Counted from the stretch's first letter, positions 1 through 11,179 are shown. The stretch: 64,000 nucleotides of DNA from an uncultured Bacilli bacterium (GCA_934149325.1 CAKPEJ010000003.1:11142-75141), one strand, 5' to 3'. Notes: a model not told the origin generated them from the sequence alone. Translations and numbers: made by a program.

Positions 1-764
1 AAGTTGATATTACGGGTATAGATACATCAAAAATAGATGTTTTAACTAATGAAGAAATGGTAGAATTATTTAAAAAGAAAAATGATGGTGATGAGTTAGC
101 TAGAAAAAAACTTGTTGAAGGAAATCTAAGATTAATACTTAGTATTTTACAAAAATTTACCAATAGAGTAGATAATATGGATGATTTATTTCAAGTAGGT
201 TCAATAGGACTTGTAAAAGCTATTGATAATTTTGATTTATCATATAATGTAAAATTTTCTACATATGCTGTTCCAATGATAATAGGAGAAATAAGAAGAT
301 ATTTAAGAGATAATAGTACTATAAGAATATCCAGAAGTGTTAAGGATATAGCATATAAAACGTTAAAATTAAAAGAAGAAATTATTATGTCTACAGGTAA
401 GGAACCAACAATTGAAGAAATATCAAAAATACTTGAAATAGATGAAATAGATATAATATGTGCACTAGAAGCAACAAAAGGAACTGTAAGCATATTTGAA
501 CCAATTTATAATGATGGTGGTGAAACAATTTATTTACTTGATCAAATTGTTAATCCTAATGAATCAAGTAATAATTGGAATAATAAATTAATGCTTGAAA
601 ATGCGATTGATAATTTAAAAGATAAAGAAAAATATATATTACTTCAAAGATATATACAAGGAAAAACCCAAATGGAAATAAGTGATGAGCTTGGAATTAG
701 TCAAGCGCAGGTTTCTAGAATAGAAAAAAATGCAATAAATCATGTCAAAAAATTAACTAGATAA
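1..764 (+). CDS. sigG: Sporulation sigma factor SigG (5'-partial; frame open to window edge)
   Basis: Near-identical blocks to B. subtilis SigG: GIDTSKIDVLTNEEM, DDLFQVGSIGLVKAIDNFDLSYNVKFSTYAVPMIIGEIRRYLRDN, SIFEPIYNDGGETIY, ISQAQVSRIEK. No stop upstream of ORF 57 in the same frame. Confidence 0.9.
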   Translation, partial: VDITGIDTSKIDVLTNEEMVELFKKKNDGDELARKKLVEGNLRLILSILQKFTNRVDNMDDLFQVGSIGLVKAIDNFDLSYNVKFSTYAVPMIIGEIRRYLRDNSTIRISRSVKDIAYKTLKLKEEIIMSTGKEPTIEEISKILEIDEIDIICALEATKGTVSIFEPIYNDGGETIYLLDQIVNPNESSNNWNNKLMLENAIDNLKDKEKYILLQRYIQGKTQMEISDELGISQAQVSRIEKNAINHVKKLTR

Positions 765-780
765 AAATTATAATTTATTT

Positions 781-808
781 ACCGATGAAATAAATCATCG
801 GTTTTTTA
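781..808 (+). terminator. Rho-independent terminator after sigG
   Basis: Stem accgatga..tcatcggt followed by a T-run. Confidence 0.6.
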
Positions 809-883
809 TATGCTTTTTGAAAATTTGACTATACTTAAGTGATGTGATAGAATATGTGACGTTTGTGAAAAAGGGGGGTTTTT

Positions 884-1753
884 ATGTTTGAAAGTAAGAG
901 TTTTAATAATGTAAAAATTAATAATTTAAATGGTATTAAAAGAAAATTAACATTTGGTACTTTTTTTATTACAACAAGCTTATTATTATCTTTAGCGGGA
1001 ACAAATAAAGTATATGCAGAAAATGTTATGGTAGATATGCCAAGTTTTAATTCTTTAAAATCTACTTCAGAAAAAGCAAGAGATGTTTTAGAAGATGTAA
1101 AAGAAGAATATAATAGTAATAAAAAATTAGAAATGAAATATAATACACTTTTTAGTTATGTAGATAGATATTCTACTATATATAATTTAAATTCATATAA
1201 AGTTGAATATATAATTGGTGATAATACTAATATTATTTCTGATGATATTATTAACAAAACCGATAAAGAAATAGAAATAATGGCTCTAAAAATTGTAAAA
1301 GATATTAAACGTAATCCCGATGATTATGGTATAGAAAAGGGACAATTAGAAGAACTTAGATATACAAAAGATTTAAGTATAAGAGAAATTGTAAAATATT
1401 ATTCAGATTTATTTGATATAGATAGTAATTTAGTATTTGCAATTGAATGTTTTGAATCTGGATATTATGAAAGTGATATGGTAAAAGCTTATAATAATCC
1501 TGGGTCTCTTAGAGGTAATGGAGATTTTTATAAATATGATAATATAGAACAAGGTATAATATCTCATGTTTTAACATTAAAAGAATATTATATAGATAAA
1601 GGATTAGATACACCAGATAAAATGCAAAGTATATATTGTCCTGATGGATCTAATTGGGCAGAAAATGTTAATATTATATATAATGACATAAATAATAATG
1701 AAGAATGCATTAAAATATATGATGAAAAAGAGTTTGCAAAAGGAGTGAAGTAA
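884..1753 (+). CDS. Secreted protein with divergent GH73-like (glucosaminidase) motif
   Basis: N-terminal signal peptide. FAIECFESGYYES...NNPGSLRGNG resembles the ESGWG...NNLFGIK glucosaminidase motifs. Weak call. Confidence 0.35.
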   Translation: MFESKSFNNVKINNLNGIKRKLTFGTFFITTSLLLSLAGTNKVYAENVMVDMPSFNSLKSTSEKARDVLEDVKEEYNSNKKLEMKYNTLFSYVDRYSTIYNLNSYKVEYIIGDNTNIISDDIINKTDKEIEIMALKIVKDIKRNPDDYGIEKGQLEELRYTKDLSIREIVKYYSDLFDIDSNLVFAIECFESGYYESDMVKAYNNPGSLRGNGDFYKYDNIEQGIISHVLTLKEYYIDKGLDTPDKMQSIYCPDGSNWAENVNIIYNDINNNEECIKIYDEKEFAKGVK

Positions 1754-1754
1754 A

Positions 1755-2699
1755 ATGAAAGAAATAAACAGAGCAACAATAATAAAAAATCCAAGTTTTG
1801 TTGATAGAGGTGCATATGATGAACAAAAATGTTATGATATAGGTGTAAAGATTATATCTAATAAAGAAAAATCATATGATGAAATATTATCTTTATTAAA
1901 ACCTTTTAGTATAAGGGATAGTTTTACATTAAAAAATGTATTAGAAAGATTAAGAGAATATAACTTTACTTTTGGTAAGGCTTCAACAATAATAATTAAA
2001 CATAAATATAATTTAAAACATAATATAATTGATGAAGAAACTTCAAAAGAATTTGCTAAGATAGGTAATATAAAGCAAGAAAAATATGTAGTTAAAGATA
2101 AAAAACCAAGTTCCATAAATTTATACAAATTAAATAAAAATAATGTTTCATTAGAAGAAAGAGTAAAAATGGCCAAAGAATTTTCAGAAATGTTAATGAA
2201 TGGAAATACAAAAGAGGAAATTTCTCAAAAATATGATGTTTCTTTGTCATTAATTGATCACTATCTTTCTGTATATTTACCAAAAAGTCCTAAAGAATAT
2301 GCAAAATATAAAATTTTTAAGCATAAAATAGATGTTATATCTTCAAAAGAGGTAGATCAATATATTGAAGTTTTAATTTATTTTATAAAAAATCTTTTAG
2401 AAACTGAAAAGAAATTGATGGAATCAAAAGCAACTTCAAATAATAAAAGAGAAGTTAATATGCAAATTTCAAGAATTGTTAAACAAAGAGAGATGTATCA
2501 AAAAGCTTTAAGTGTTTTAGAAAGTAAGAATCAAGTAAAATCAAGTGAATTAATATTAGATGATGATTATATAAAGGATTTTTGTATGAATTATTCTAAT
2601 TCATTAAAGACATATAATTTATTAAAATCAAATAATGTATCTGATAATACACAAAAGAAAATAAATGAAGAGTATAAAAAGTTAGTATATGTTAAATAA
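1755..2699 (+). CDS. Hypothetical protein
   Basis: 314-aa ORF immediately following the previous gene; no recognisable motif. Confidence 0.3.
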   Translation: MKEINRATIIKNPSFVDRGAYDEQKCYDIGVKIISNKEKSYDEILSLLKPFSIRDSFTLKNVLERLREYNFTFGKASTIIIKHKYNLKHNIIDEETSKEFAKIGNIKQEKYVVKDKKPSSINLYKLNKNNVSLEERVKMAKEFSEMLMNGNTKEEISQKYDVSLSLIDHYLSVYLPKSPKEYAKYKIFKHKIDVISSKEVDQYIEVLIYFIKNLLETEKKLMESKATSNNKREVNMQISRIVKQREMYQKALSVLESKNQVKSSELILDDDYIKDFCMNYSNSLKTYNLLKSNNVSDNTQKKINEEYKKLVYVK

Positions 2700-2764
2700 A
2701 AAGTATTTAGATTTTATTCTAAATATTTTTTTTATCTTTGAATAAAATAGAGTGAGGTGTTTTA

Positions 2765-2998
2765 ATGAGATTATCAGAAATTCAAGATATGGATGTTATT
2801 AATTTAGTTACAGGAATAAAAATAGGTAATATTATAGATGTTAAAGTAGATAATGAAACTGGTAAAATAGATTCTTTAATAGTTGAAAGAAAAAGAGTAT
2901 CTAAATTCTTTTCTAGTGGTGAAGAAATAGAAATAAAATGGAATCAAATAAATAAGATAGGAGAAGATGTAATTTTAGTTGAAACAATTATAAAATAG
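2765..2998 (+). CDS. ylmC: YlmC/YmxH-family PRC-barrel sporulation protein
   Basis: 77 aa. MRLSEI...VINLVTGIKIGNIIDV...ETGKIDSLIV matches YlmC/YmxH. Confidence 0.75.
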   Translation: MRLSEIQDMDVINLVTGIKIGNIIDVKVDNETGKIDSLIVERKRVSKFFSSGEEIEIKWNQINKIGEDVILVETIIK

Positions 2999-3023
2999 TG
3001 TATAATTAAGATAAGGAGGATGT

Positions 3024-4013
3024 ATGGAAAAAACAAAAAAGAGATTATTTTATTCTGCATTAATCGCACTTATTTATATTATCATTATAAATGGCTATGC
3101 AATTTATAAAAATCAATTTATAACAAGTAATGTAATAGAAAATATAAGTAATATTATTTTATTAATTTTATCAATATTTGGTATAGTATATTTCTTTATT
3201 CTTTCCTGTAGTAAATTATCTTTAAATGAACATAGAAAAATGATAATGTTTATATCTATAATATTTTTTATTTTAGATATTATATCTGGAGTTTTAGGGT
3301 TTATATCTTATAATGATTTAGATGGAGTAAAAAAAGAAAAGAGAGAATTACCAAAATTAGAAGATGTAAAAGGTTATAATAAATATATTTATTTACTAGC
3401 ACTTATTATATGCTTATTTATTTTATTTGTATTATCAGATTATTTAAAGGGAATTATAGGTTTTATTACGGTATATTTATCAATATTAATTATAATGATA
3501 TTTGTATTTAGAAAACAACTTTTAAGGGATTTTAAGGTGTTTAAAGAGTATTTTAAAGAATATAATATATTAGTTTTAAAAACATGGGGAAAAGCTTTAT
3601 TAATAATTGTAATAATTAATTTAATAATAAGTATCACAACAGGAATAGATAATGCGACTAATCAAGAGTCGTTAGAATTGTTATTTAAAAAAATGCCAAT
3701 ACTTGTAGCAATATTATCTATGTTTTACGCTCCAATTGCAGAAGAATTAATGTTTAGAGGAGTATTTAGAAAATTCTTAAAAAATAAGTGGTTATTTATT
3801 TTAATAAGTGGATATACATTTGGAATAATACATGTTATAGATGATTTTCAATCATATTCCGAATTACTATATATTTTCGTTTATGGTACTTTAGGATGTT
3901 TCTTAGCATCACTTTATTATAAAACTAATAATATTTGTACTAATATGTATTTTCATTTTCTTCAAAATACTTTATCTGTAATAGGAATGATATTATTATA
4001 TTTTATAGGTTAA
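3024..4013 (+). CDS. CPBP-family (CAAX/Abi) intramembrane metalloprotease
   Basis: Polytopic membrane protein with the FYAPIAEELMFRG motif (EExxxR) and downstream HxxxD/H. Confidence 0.7.
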   Translation: MEKTKKRLFYSALIALIYIIIINGYAIYKNQFITSNVIENISNIILLILSIFGIVYFFILSCSKLSLNEHRKMIMFISIIFFILDIISGVLGFISYNDLDGVKKEKRELPKLEDVKGYNKYIYLLALIICLFILFVLSDYLKGIIGFITVYLSILIIMIFVFRKQLLRDFKVFKEYFKEYNILVLKTWGKALLIIVIINLIISITTGIDNATNQESLELLFKKMPILVAILSMFYAPIAEELMFRGVFRKFLKNKWLFILISGYTFGIIHVIDDFQSYSELLYIFVYGTLGCFLASLYYKTNNICTNMYFHFLQNTLSVIGMILLYFIG

Positions 4014-4021
4014 AAAAAAGG

Positions 4022-4900
4022 CTATTTATATAGCTCTTTTTTTATTTTATCTCTATTTTCATTCATTATTGTAATATAATTTTTACCGTTCTTTTTATCA
4101 TCATCACTAATATTATTTAATGTATTTAATTCAACTATTTGTATACTTGGATATGCCTTTTTAATATTTTCTATATATTTATTATCTGTTTTTATATTGT
4201 TTGGTGTATAAATATATTTTATATTTCCTGATTCAATTAATTTTATTATATCATTATATGTTTTATCAGTAAGAGTTTCATCATCAAGTGAATATACACT
4301 AAGACCATATTTTTCTAAAAATTTAAAACTATCACTAGTAACAACAATACCTTTATATTTTGCATTTTCTATATCTTCTTTTATATCAGCATCTAATCTT
4401 GATAAGTCTAATTTTAATTTTTCATAATTTTCATCAATTTCTTTTTTTAGATAAGTACTTGTAATATATTCTTTTAATCCTGATTTAACATTTTGTGCGA
4501 TTGTCAATACATTTGATGGATTCATCCAAATTTCATCAACATCATATGTATATTCAATTCTTGCAGTGGCATCTATAATTTTTAAATTTTTATTTTTATT
4601 AATCATATCTACAATATAATCTTTTTCATTTGTAAGACCATTATATACAATTAAATCACTTTGTCCATAATCACTAATTTGTTTTTTTGTAAATTTGTAT
4701 TCATAAGGATTACTACCAGCAGGATACATACTGTTAACTTTAGCATTTCCTTTATATAAAGCTTCAGTAGTGTATTGAATAGGGTATAAACTTGTATAAA
4801 CTGTTATATCATCCATTGAATCTTTATTTATTCCTTCGCATCCAGAACATATGAATATAAGTAAAGCAATACTTAATAATTTAATTTTCTTTTTCATTTT
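4022..4900 (-). CDS. Lipoprotein, ZnuA/TroA-like metal ABC substrate-binding fold
   Basis: Lipobox FICSGC. Start chosen at MKKKIKLL with RBS GGGAGG. Architecture is ZnuA-like, but the usual HxWLDP metal motif is replaced (DEIWMNP). Confidence 0.5.
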   Translation of the reverse strand, partial: KMKKKIKLLSIALLIFICSGCEGINKDSMDDITVYTSLYPIQYTTEALYKGNAKVNSMYPAGSNPYEYKFTKKQISDYGQSDLIVYNGLTNEKDYIVDMINKNKNLKIIDATARIEYTYDVDEIWMNPSNVLTIAQNVKSGLKEYITSTYLKKEIDENYEKLKLDLSRLDADIKEDIENAKYKGIVVTSDSFKFLEKYGLSVYSLDDETLTDKTYNDIIKLIESGNIKYIYTPNNIKTDNKYIENIKKAYPSIQIVELNTLNNISDDDKKNGKNYITIMNENRDKIKKELYK

Positions 4901-5120
4901 TCCTCCCACAATCACATTCTAAAGGATCATATCCAATTTTACCGAATGGATTACATTTTAATATTCTTTTTATAGTTAATTTAGTTCCTTTAAAAAATCC
5001 ATATTTCATATATGCTTGTTTTGAGTATTCAGAACATGTTGGATAAAATCTACATGAATTATGAAAATTTCCAGGAATTCTTTGATAAATATTTATTAAA
5101 AATATCATGAGATGTTTCAT
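4881..5120 (-). CDS. yidD: Membrane protein insertion efficiency factor YidD
   Basis: CRFYPTCSEY...RILKCNPFGKIGYDP signature. Confidence 0.8.
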   Translation of the reverse strand: MKHLMIFLINIYQRIPGNFHNSCRFYPTCSEYSKQAYMKYGFFKGTKLTIKRILKCNPFGKIGYDPLECDCGRKNEKEN

Positions 5121-5216
5121 TATTTATCACCTTTATAATTTTACCATAAATTTTTAATTTAGAATAGATGTAATTATTATAACTTTAATTTTATTAACAT
5201 TTGTGCTATAATTTCT

Positions 5217-5891
5217 TTGGTGATTTATATGGATTTAGAAAAAAAATATGATATAGATTTTAAAGAACCTTTATTGGTTAGAGCATTTACTCATTCATCT
5301 TATGTTAATGAAACAAAAAAAGGTGAAGATTATGAAAGATTAGAATTTTTAGGTGATAAAATACTTGATTTTATAGTTAGTGAATATTTATATGTAAATA
5401 ATCATTTTAGTGAAGGAGAAATGACTAAATTAAGAGCAAGTTATGTATGTGAAAATGCTCTTTATGAATATTCTACTAAACTAGGATTAAATGAAAAATT
5501 AAGATTAGGTAAGGGTGAAGAAGCAACAGGTGGTAGATATAGAAAAGCTGTAGTTGCAGATATATTTGAAGCATTCTTAGCTGCAACGTATTTAATTTAT
5601 GGACTTGAAAAAGCTAAAGAAATAGTTTATGACGTAGTTATTCCATATATAGAAGATGGAGTTAATTTATTTTTAAATGATTATAAATCTTTACTTCAAG
5701 AATTAGTACAAACTGATAAAAAAAGTACAGAGTATGTAGTAGTAGATGAAGAAGGTCCAGCACATAATAGAATATTTACAGTGGTTGTAAAAGTTGATGG
5801 TGTGATTCTCGGAAAGGGAAGTGCAACTTCTAAAAAAGAAGCAGAACAACAAGCTGCAAAAGATGCACTTAGTAAGCAAGCAAAAGCATAA
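5217..5891 (+). CDS. rnc: Ribonuclease III
   Basis: RNase III signature ERLEFLGDKILD plus a C-terminal dsRBD (GPAHNRIFTVVV...KKEAEQQAAKDAL). Confidence 0.85.
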   Translation: MVIYMDLEKKYDIDFKEPLLVRAFTHSSYVNETKKGEDYERLEFLGDKILDFIVSEYLYVNNHFSEGEMTKLRASYVCENALYEYSTKLGLNEKLRLGKGEEATGGRYRKAVVADIFEAFLAATYLIYGLEKAKEIVYDVVIPYIEDGVNLFLNDYKSLLQELVQTDKKSTEYVVVDEEGPAHNRIFTVVVKVDGVILGKGSATSKKEAEQQAAKDALSKQAKA

Positions 5892-5997
5892 GTATCGTTT
5901 GATACTTTTTTCATTTACACTGAAAAATAAAATAATATTTGTTTTTTACGTAAAATGTGTTATAATATCAAAGGCTAAAAAACGAGGAGTGAAAAAT

Positions 5998-7809
5998 ATG
6001 AAAAAAAGAAATATAGCAATAATTGCGCACGTTGACCATGGTAAAACAACACTTGTAGATCAATTATTAAAACAATCAGGAACTTTTAGAGACAATGAAG
6101 AAGTATCTGAAAGAGTAATGGATTCAAATGATATAGAAAGAGAAAGAGGTATAACAATACTTGCTAAACCAACAGCTATTAATTATAAAGATTATAGAAT
6201 AAATATATTAGATACACCTGGACATGCTGATTTTGGTGGAGAAGTAGAACGTATAATGCATATGGTAGATGGTGTATTACTTGTTGTTGATGCTTATGAA
6301 GGAACAATGCCACAAACTAAGTTTGTACTTAAAAAAGCATTAGAAGCAGGGCTAAAACCAATAGTTGTAATAAATAAAATAGATAAACCAACAGCAAGAC
6401 CTGAAGGTGTTATAGATGAATTACTTGATTTATTTATAGAACTTGGTGCTGATGAAGAACAATTAGAATTCCCAGTAGTTTATACTTCTGCAATTAATGG
6501 TACATCTAGTTTAGAATCTGATTTATCTACTCAACAGCATACTATGGATCCATTATTTAATTTGATTATAGATAATATTCCAGAACCTATAGAAGATATA
6601 ACAAGTCCACTACAATTCCAACCAGCATTACTTGATTATAATGACTATGTAGGTAGAATAGGTATTGGTAGAATAACTCGTGGTAAGATGAAATTAAATG
6701 AAATGGTATCATGTGTTAGATTAGATGGAAGCATAAAGAAGTTTAGAATACAAAAAATGTATGGTTATTTAGGTCTTAAAAGAATAGAAATTAATGAAGC
6801 AGAAGCAGGAGATATAGTTGCAATCGCAGGGTTACCTGATTTAGAAGTTGGAGAAACAGTTTGTACAGAAGGAAAAGAGGAAGCTTTAACTCCACTTAGA
6901 ATTGATGAACCAACTCTTCAAATGACATTTGGTGTTAATACATCTCCATTTGTTGGAAAAGAAGGTAAATTTGTAACAGCAAGTAAAATTGAAGAAAGAC
7001 TTAGAAAACAAGCAGAAAGTGATGTATCATTAAAAATTGAAACTAATGATGCTGAAAGCTGGATAGTATCAGGTAGAGGAGAACTTCACTTATCAATATT
7101 AATTGAAAATATGAGAAGAGAAGGATATGAACTTCAAGTATCAAAACCAGAAGTAATATTAAAGGAAATAGATGGTCAAATATGTGAACCATATGAAGAT
7201 GTTCAAATAGAAGTTCCAGAAGAAAATGTTGGTCCTGTAATAGAAGCTCTTGGTATGAGAGGCGGAACTATGGAAAACATGACTAATTTACCAGGTATAG
7301 TAAGACTTAATTATATCGTTCCATCAAGAGGTTTAATTGGATTTACAACAGATTTTATGACAATGACAAAGGGATTTGGTATTTTAAATCATACATTTAG
7401 AGAATATTTACCAAAAGTAGAAGCAGATGTTGGAGAAAGAAAACTTGGTGTATTAGTTTCAATGGAAAATGGTAAAACAACAGCGTATGCTTTAGGTGCT
7501 CTAGAAGATAGAGGTGTTATGTTTGTTGATCCTGGTGTTGAAGTATATGAAGGTATGATTGTTGGAGAAAACAATAGAGAAAATGACCTTGCTGTTAATG
7601 TTGTTAAAGGTAAAAACTTAACAAATACAAGAAGTTCTGGTAAAGATCATACTGTTGTTCTTAAGAAGACAAGACCAATAACATTAGAATATGCACTTGA
7701 ATATATAAATTCTGATGAATATGTAGAAGTTACACCAATAAACTTTAGAATGAGAAAGAAAATTTTAAATACAGAAGAAAGAAAGAAATTTGATGCTAGA
7801 AATAGATAA
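5998..7809 (+). CDS. typA: Translational GTPase TypA/BipA
   Basis: [36 protein letters not shown]. The true start is MKKRNIAI at 5998; the track ORF from 5821 is an upstream in-frame extension. An extended -10 (tgttataat) lies upstream. Confidence 0.9.
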   Translation: MKKRNIAIIAHVDHGKTTLVDQLLKQSGTFRDNEEVSERVMDSNDIERERGITILAKPTAINYKDYRINILDTPGHADFGGEVERIMHMVDGVLLVVDAYEGTMPQTKFVLKKALEAGLKPIVVINKIDKPTARPEGVIDELLDLFIELGADEEQLEFPVVYTSAINGTSSLESDLSTQQHTMDPLFNLIIDNIPEPIEDITSPLQFQPALLDYNDYVGRIGIGRITRGKMKLNEMVSCVRLDGSIKKFRIQKMYGYLGLKRIEINEAEAGDIVAIAGLPDLEVGETVCTEGKEEALTPLRIDEPTLQMTFGVNTSPFVGKEGKFVTASKIEERLRKQAESDVSLKIETNDAESWIVSGRGELHLSILIENMRREGYELQVSKPEVILKEIDGQICEPYEDVQIEVPEENVGPVIEALGMRGGTMENMTNLPGIVRLNYIVPSRGLIGFTTDFMTMTKGFGILNHTFREYLPKVEADVGERKLGVLVSMENGKTTAYALGALEDRGVMFVDPGVEVYEGMIVGENNRENDLAVNVVKGKNLTNTRSSGKDHTVVLKKTRPITLEYALEYINSDEYVEVTPINFRMRKKILNTEERKKFDARNR

Positions 7810-7866
7810 ATTTCTTTTTTTATTTTTTTAAATATGTTATTATATAAAAGTAGAGGAAGTGTTAAA

Positions 7867-8253
7867 ATGAAAAAATTAATAAGTCAGATATTAAAATTTG
7901 GATTTGTAGGAGCAGCAGCATTTGTTATAGATTATGGATTAATGGTTCTTTTAACAGAAGTATTTAATGTATACTCTTTAATTTCAGCCGCAATATCTTT
8001 TACTGTATCAGTTATATTTAATTATGTCGCAAGTGTAAAATGGGTTTTTGAAGTAGATGAAGAAAAAAATAGTAAACAAAAGCAATTCATTGTATTTGTA
8101 ATATTAAGTGTAATTGGTCTTATAATTAATGAATTAATTATGTGGATAATGGATAGTAAATTTGGTATTCATTATATGATTTCAAAATTAGTCGCAACAT
8201 TTGTTGTTATGGTATGGAACTTTATTACTAGAAAGATTTTCTTAGAAAAATGA
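7867..8253 (+). CDS. GtrA-family membrane protein
   Basis: FGFVGAAAFVIDYGLMVLL and four TM segments. RBS GAGGAAG 7 nt upstream of the ATG at 7867. Confidence 0.65.
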   Translation: MKKLISQILKFGFVGAAAFVIDYGLMVLLTEVFNVYSLISAAISFTVSVIFNYVASVKWVFEVDEEKNSKQKQFIVFVILSVIGLIINELIMWIMDSKFGIHYMISKLVATFVVMVWNFITRKIFLEK

Positions 8254-9332
8254 GTGTAAAAAGTGCTTATATTCATATACCATTTTGTAAGACAATATGT
8301 TCATATTGTGACTTTTGCAAATTTTTATATAATGAAAAATGGGTATATTCTTATTTAGATGCATTATCATTTGAAATAGAAAATAATTATAACAAAGATA
8401 AGTTAGATACTATATATGTAGGTGGTGGGACACCATCTTCTTTAAATATAAAAGAATTAAAGAAGTTATTTAATATATTGAAAAACTTTAATTTAGAAGA
8501 AGATTATGAATTTACTATTGAATGTAATATAGAAGATATTACAAAAGAAAAATTAGAATTATTTAAAAAAAATAAAGTTAATAGAATTAGTATAGGTATT
8601 CAAACATTTAATAAAAAATTTCTCAAACAAATAAATAGAAATAAAAATGTAGATGTAGTTAAAAATATAAACCTTGTAAAAAAATATTTTGATAATATAA
8701 ATGTAGATTTAATGTATGCATTTGAAAATGAAACTCTTTCTGATTTAAAAAAAGATATAGATGAATTTTTAAAACTTAATATTAATCATATATCATGTTA
8801 CTCATTAATAATAGAGAAGAATACTAAATTTTATAATGATGATGTTCATAATATAGATGAAGATTTAGATTATGAAATGTATAAATTAATTACAGATACA
8901 TTAAAAAAGAATGGTTTTATTCATTATGAAATAAGTAATTATTCAAAAGATGGTTATAAGTCAAGACATAATTTAACATATTGGAATAATAATCAATATT
9001 ATGGATTTGGAGTTTCTGCTTCTGGATATATAGATAATAAGAGATATACTAATACAAAAAATATAGTAAAATATAATATGTTTGAAAATAAAAAAGAAGA
9101 AGAAATTTTAAAAGAAGAAGATAAAATGATGTATGAAATGATTTTAAATCTTAGAAAGATGGAAGGGGTAAATAAAAAGTCTTTTTATGATAAATATAAT
9201 AAAAATATAGAAGATGTATTTGATATAAAAAAATTACTGCTTGATAAATATTTGATAGATGATGGAGATAAAATATATATAAATGAAAAATATTTATACA
9301 TATCAAATGAGATATTGATTAATTTTATATAA
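8250..9332 (+). CDS. hemW: Radical SAM heme chaperone HemW (HemN-like)
   Basis: AYIHIPFCKTICSYCDF CxxxCxxC motif and a C-terminal HemN_C-like region. Confidence 0.85.
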   Translation: MSVKSAYIHIPFCKTICSYCDFCKFLYNEKWVYSYLDALSFEIENNYNKDKLDTIYVGGGTPSSLNIKELKKLFNILKNFNLEEDYEFTIECNIEDITKEKLELFKKNKVNRISIGIQTFNKKFLKQINRNKNVDVVKNINLVKKYFDNINVDLMYAFENETLSDLKKDIDEFLKLNINHISCYSLIIEKNTKFYNDDVHNIDEDLDYEMYKLITDTLKKNGFIHYEISNYSKDGYKSRHNLTYWNNNQYYGFGVSASGYIDNKRYTNTKNIVKYNMFENKKEEEILKEEDKMMYEMILNLRKMEGVNKKSFYDKYNKNIEDVFDIKKLLLDKYLIDDGDKIYINEKYLYISNEILINFI

Positions 9333-9361
9333 ATGGTGTATAATAAAGGAAAAGAATAGAG

Positions 9362-9694
9362 GTGGAAAATTTGAAAGAAGAAAATATGATTGATATAAAT
9401 AGTATTTTAAATAATGATGATTTTGCACCTGTAAAGGAAATAGAAGATATAAAGCCTATAAAAGAAGAAAAGCTTGAAGAAAATTTAAAAAAAGAAGATA
9501 TAATAAGTATCGATGAAATAGTTGAAGAAAGTAAAATAAATGAAGAAGAAAAATTAAAAAGAATAAAAGAAATGGAAAGTGATAAAAAAATAGAAAGGGT
9601 TCAGATTGGATTAATCTTATTTTTAGTTGTTGTAGGAACTTTAGTATATTTTTTTGGATATGATTTATTTGAACCATATATAAAGATAGATTAA
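9362..9694 (+). CDS. Hypothetical acidic protein with C-terminal TM anchor
   Basis: E/K-rich N-terminus; single C-terminal hydrophobic segment. Confidence 0.3.
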   Translation: MENLKEENMIDINSILNNDDFAPVKEIEDIKPIKEEKLEENLKKEDIISIDEIVEESKINEEEKLKRIKEMESDKKIERVQIGLILFLVVVGTLVYFFGYDLFEPYIKID

Positions 9695-9705
9695 TGTAAA
9701 GAATA

Positions 9706-9737
9706 ATGTAAATTATTCTTTTTTTTTGTAATTTTTT
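9706..9737 (+). terminator. Rho-independent terminator
   Basis: Stem aagaataat/attattctt followed by T9. Confidence 0.6.
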
Positions 9738-9757
9738 TAGAAATAATCTTTTTTGTA

Positions 9758-9822
9758 TTGCAAAAAAATATAGGAAATAATATAATAATGGTAACCAGTG
9801 GGAAAAAGTGGTTGAATGTGGG
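9758..9822 (+). promoter_or_regulatory. mraZ promoter (TTGCAA-N17-TATAAT) followed by three MraZ-box-like GTGGG/GTGGT repeats at 10-bp phasing
   Basis: -35 at 9758-9763 and -10 at 9781-9786. GTGGG at 9798, GTGGT at 9808, GTGGG at 9818, each separated by 5 nt. Confidence 0.55.
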
Positions 9823-9831
9823 GGATGAAAA

Positions 9832-10260
9832 ATGTTTATGGGAGAGTTTCATCATAATATTGATGAAAAAGGTAGACTAATTATTCCATCAAAATTTAGG
9901 TATGAGTTAGGTGAAAAGTTTATAGTTACAAGAGGACTTGAAAACTGTTTATTTGTTTATCCTATGAATGATTGGAATAATATAATAAACAAATTAAAAG
10001 AACTTCCATTTACAAGTAAAGATGCTCGTACATTCATGCGTATGTTTTTATCAGGGGCCACTGAGTGTGAAATAGATCGTAACGGTAGAATCAATATATC
10101 ATCACCACTTATTAATTATGCTTCTTTAGAAAAAGAATGTGTAATAATAGGTGTTAATGACAGACTTGAAATATGGTCAAATGATAAGTTTGATGAATTC
10201 TTTAATACAAATATAGATAATTTTAGTGATATAGCGGAGAACTTATTTAATGCATGTTAG
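9832..10260 (+). CDS. mraZ: Transcriptional regulator MraZ
   Basis: [23 protein letters not shown]; duplicated MraZ domain. Confidence 0.9.
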   Translation: MFMGEFHHNIDEKGRLIIPSKFRYELGEKFIVTRGLENCLFVYPMNDWNNIINKLKELPFTSKDARTFMRMFLSGATECEIDRNGRINISSPLINYASLEKECVIIGVNDRLEIWSNDKFDEFFNTNIDNFSDIAENLFNAC

Positions 10261-11164
10261 TGTTTTATTAAATGAATCTATAGATGGATTAAATATTAAA
10301 GAAGATGGAATATATGTTGATTGTACGTTAGGATATGCTGGACACAGCTCACAAATACTAAAAAGAATAAAAAAGGGAAAATTATTCGCCTTTGATCAAG
10401 ATGGGGAAGCTATCAATTATAGTAAAAAGATTCTTGATCAAATTAATGGTAATTACGAAATTATTAATAGTAATTTTGTTAATATAAAATCTGAATTAAA
10501 TAAAAGGGGTATCTATAAAGTAGATGGTATTTTATTTGATTTAGGTGTATCAAGTCCACAACTTGATGAAGATTATAGAGGATTTAGTTATCATATGGAT
10601 GCTAAACTTGATATGAGAATGAATCAAAATCAAAAATTTAGTGCGTATGAACTTGTAAATGAATATTCACTTGATTCTCTTACAGAGATATTTTCAAAGT
10701 ATGGGGAAGAAAAATATTCAAGAAGTATTGCAAATGGGATAGTAAAAGCAAGGGAAAATAAAAAAATAGAAACAACTTTAGAACTTGTAGAAATAATAAA
10801 AAATAATGTTCCAGAAAAATATAAAAGAAATTCTCATCCGGCTAGAAAAGTTTTTCAAGCTATAAGAATAGAAGTAAATAAAGAACTTGATGTTTTAGAA
10901 AAAGCATTAAATGATGCAATAGAATTATTAAATCCTACTGGTAGAATATGTGTAATAACATTTCATTCACTAGAAGATAGAATATGTAAAAATAAATTTA
11001 AAAAATTAAGTGAAGTAGATAAAATGGTTAAAGGACTACCTATTATTCCAGATGAATATAAACCAGTTTTAAAAATAATAGGTAAATATAAACCAAGTAA
11101 AAAAGAATTAGAAGAAAATAATAGATCAAGAAGCTCAATATTAAGAGTAGCGGAAAAATTATAG
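10250..11164 (+). CDS. rsmH: 16S rRNA (cytosine1402-N4)-methyltransferase RsmH
   Basis: HVSVLL...[12 protein letters not shown]...[11 protein letters not shown]. Confidence 0.9.
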   Translation: MHVSVLLNESIDGLNIKEDGIYVDCTLGYAGHSSQILKRIKKGKLFAFDQDGEAINYSKKILDQINGNYEIINSNFVNIKSELNKRGIYKVDGILFDLGVSSPQLDEDYRGFSYHMDAKLDMRMNQNQKFSAYELVNEYSLDSLTEIFSKYGEEKYSRSIANGIVKARENKKIETTLELVEIIKNNVPEKYKRNSHPARKVFQAIRIEVNKELDVLEKALNDAIELLNPTGRICVITFHSLEDRICKNKFKKLSEVDKMVKGLPIIPDEYKPVLKIIGKYKPSKKELEENNRSRSSILRVAEKL

Positions 11165-11179
11165 GAAAGAGATGATATT

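Noticed and set aside
191-493. Minus-strand ORFs inside sigG, nrdD, ftsZ, mutS, ABC genes and others (191-493, 1588-1815, 5696-5914, 7389-7574, 15192-15770, 21330-21524, 22293-22598, 36269-36478, 46992-47222, 51696-51980 and similar)
   Set aside because: They are antisense to well-supported conserved genes. These are typical spurious ORFs in AT-rich DNA.
4022-4900. The ZnuA-like lipoprotein lacks the canonical His of the metal site (DEIWMNP instead of HxWLDP)
   Set aside because: This is an observation from a single motif judged by eye. It could be simple family divergence (for example a non-zinc SBP subfamily), and it is not strong enough to list as a finding without an alignment.
5821-5997. 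Long 5' extension of the typA ORF in the track
   Set aside because: The conserved GTPase N-terminus starts at [18 protein letters not shown] (5998). The extension overlaps the rnc 3' end and contains a promoter-like sequence.
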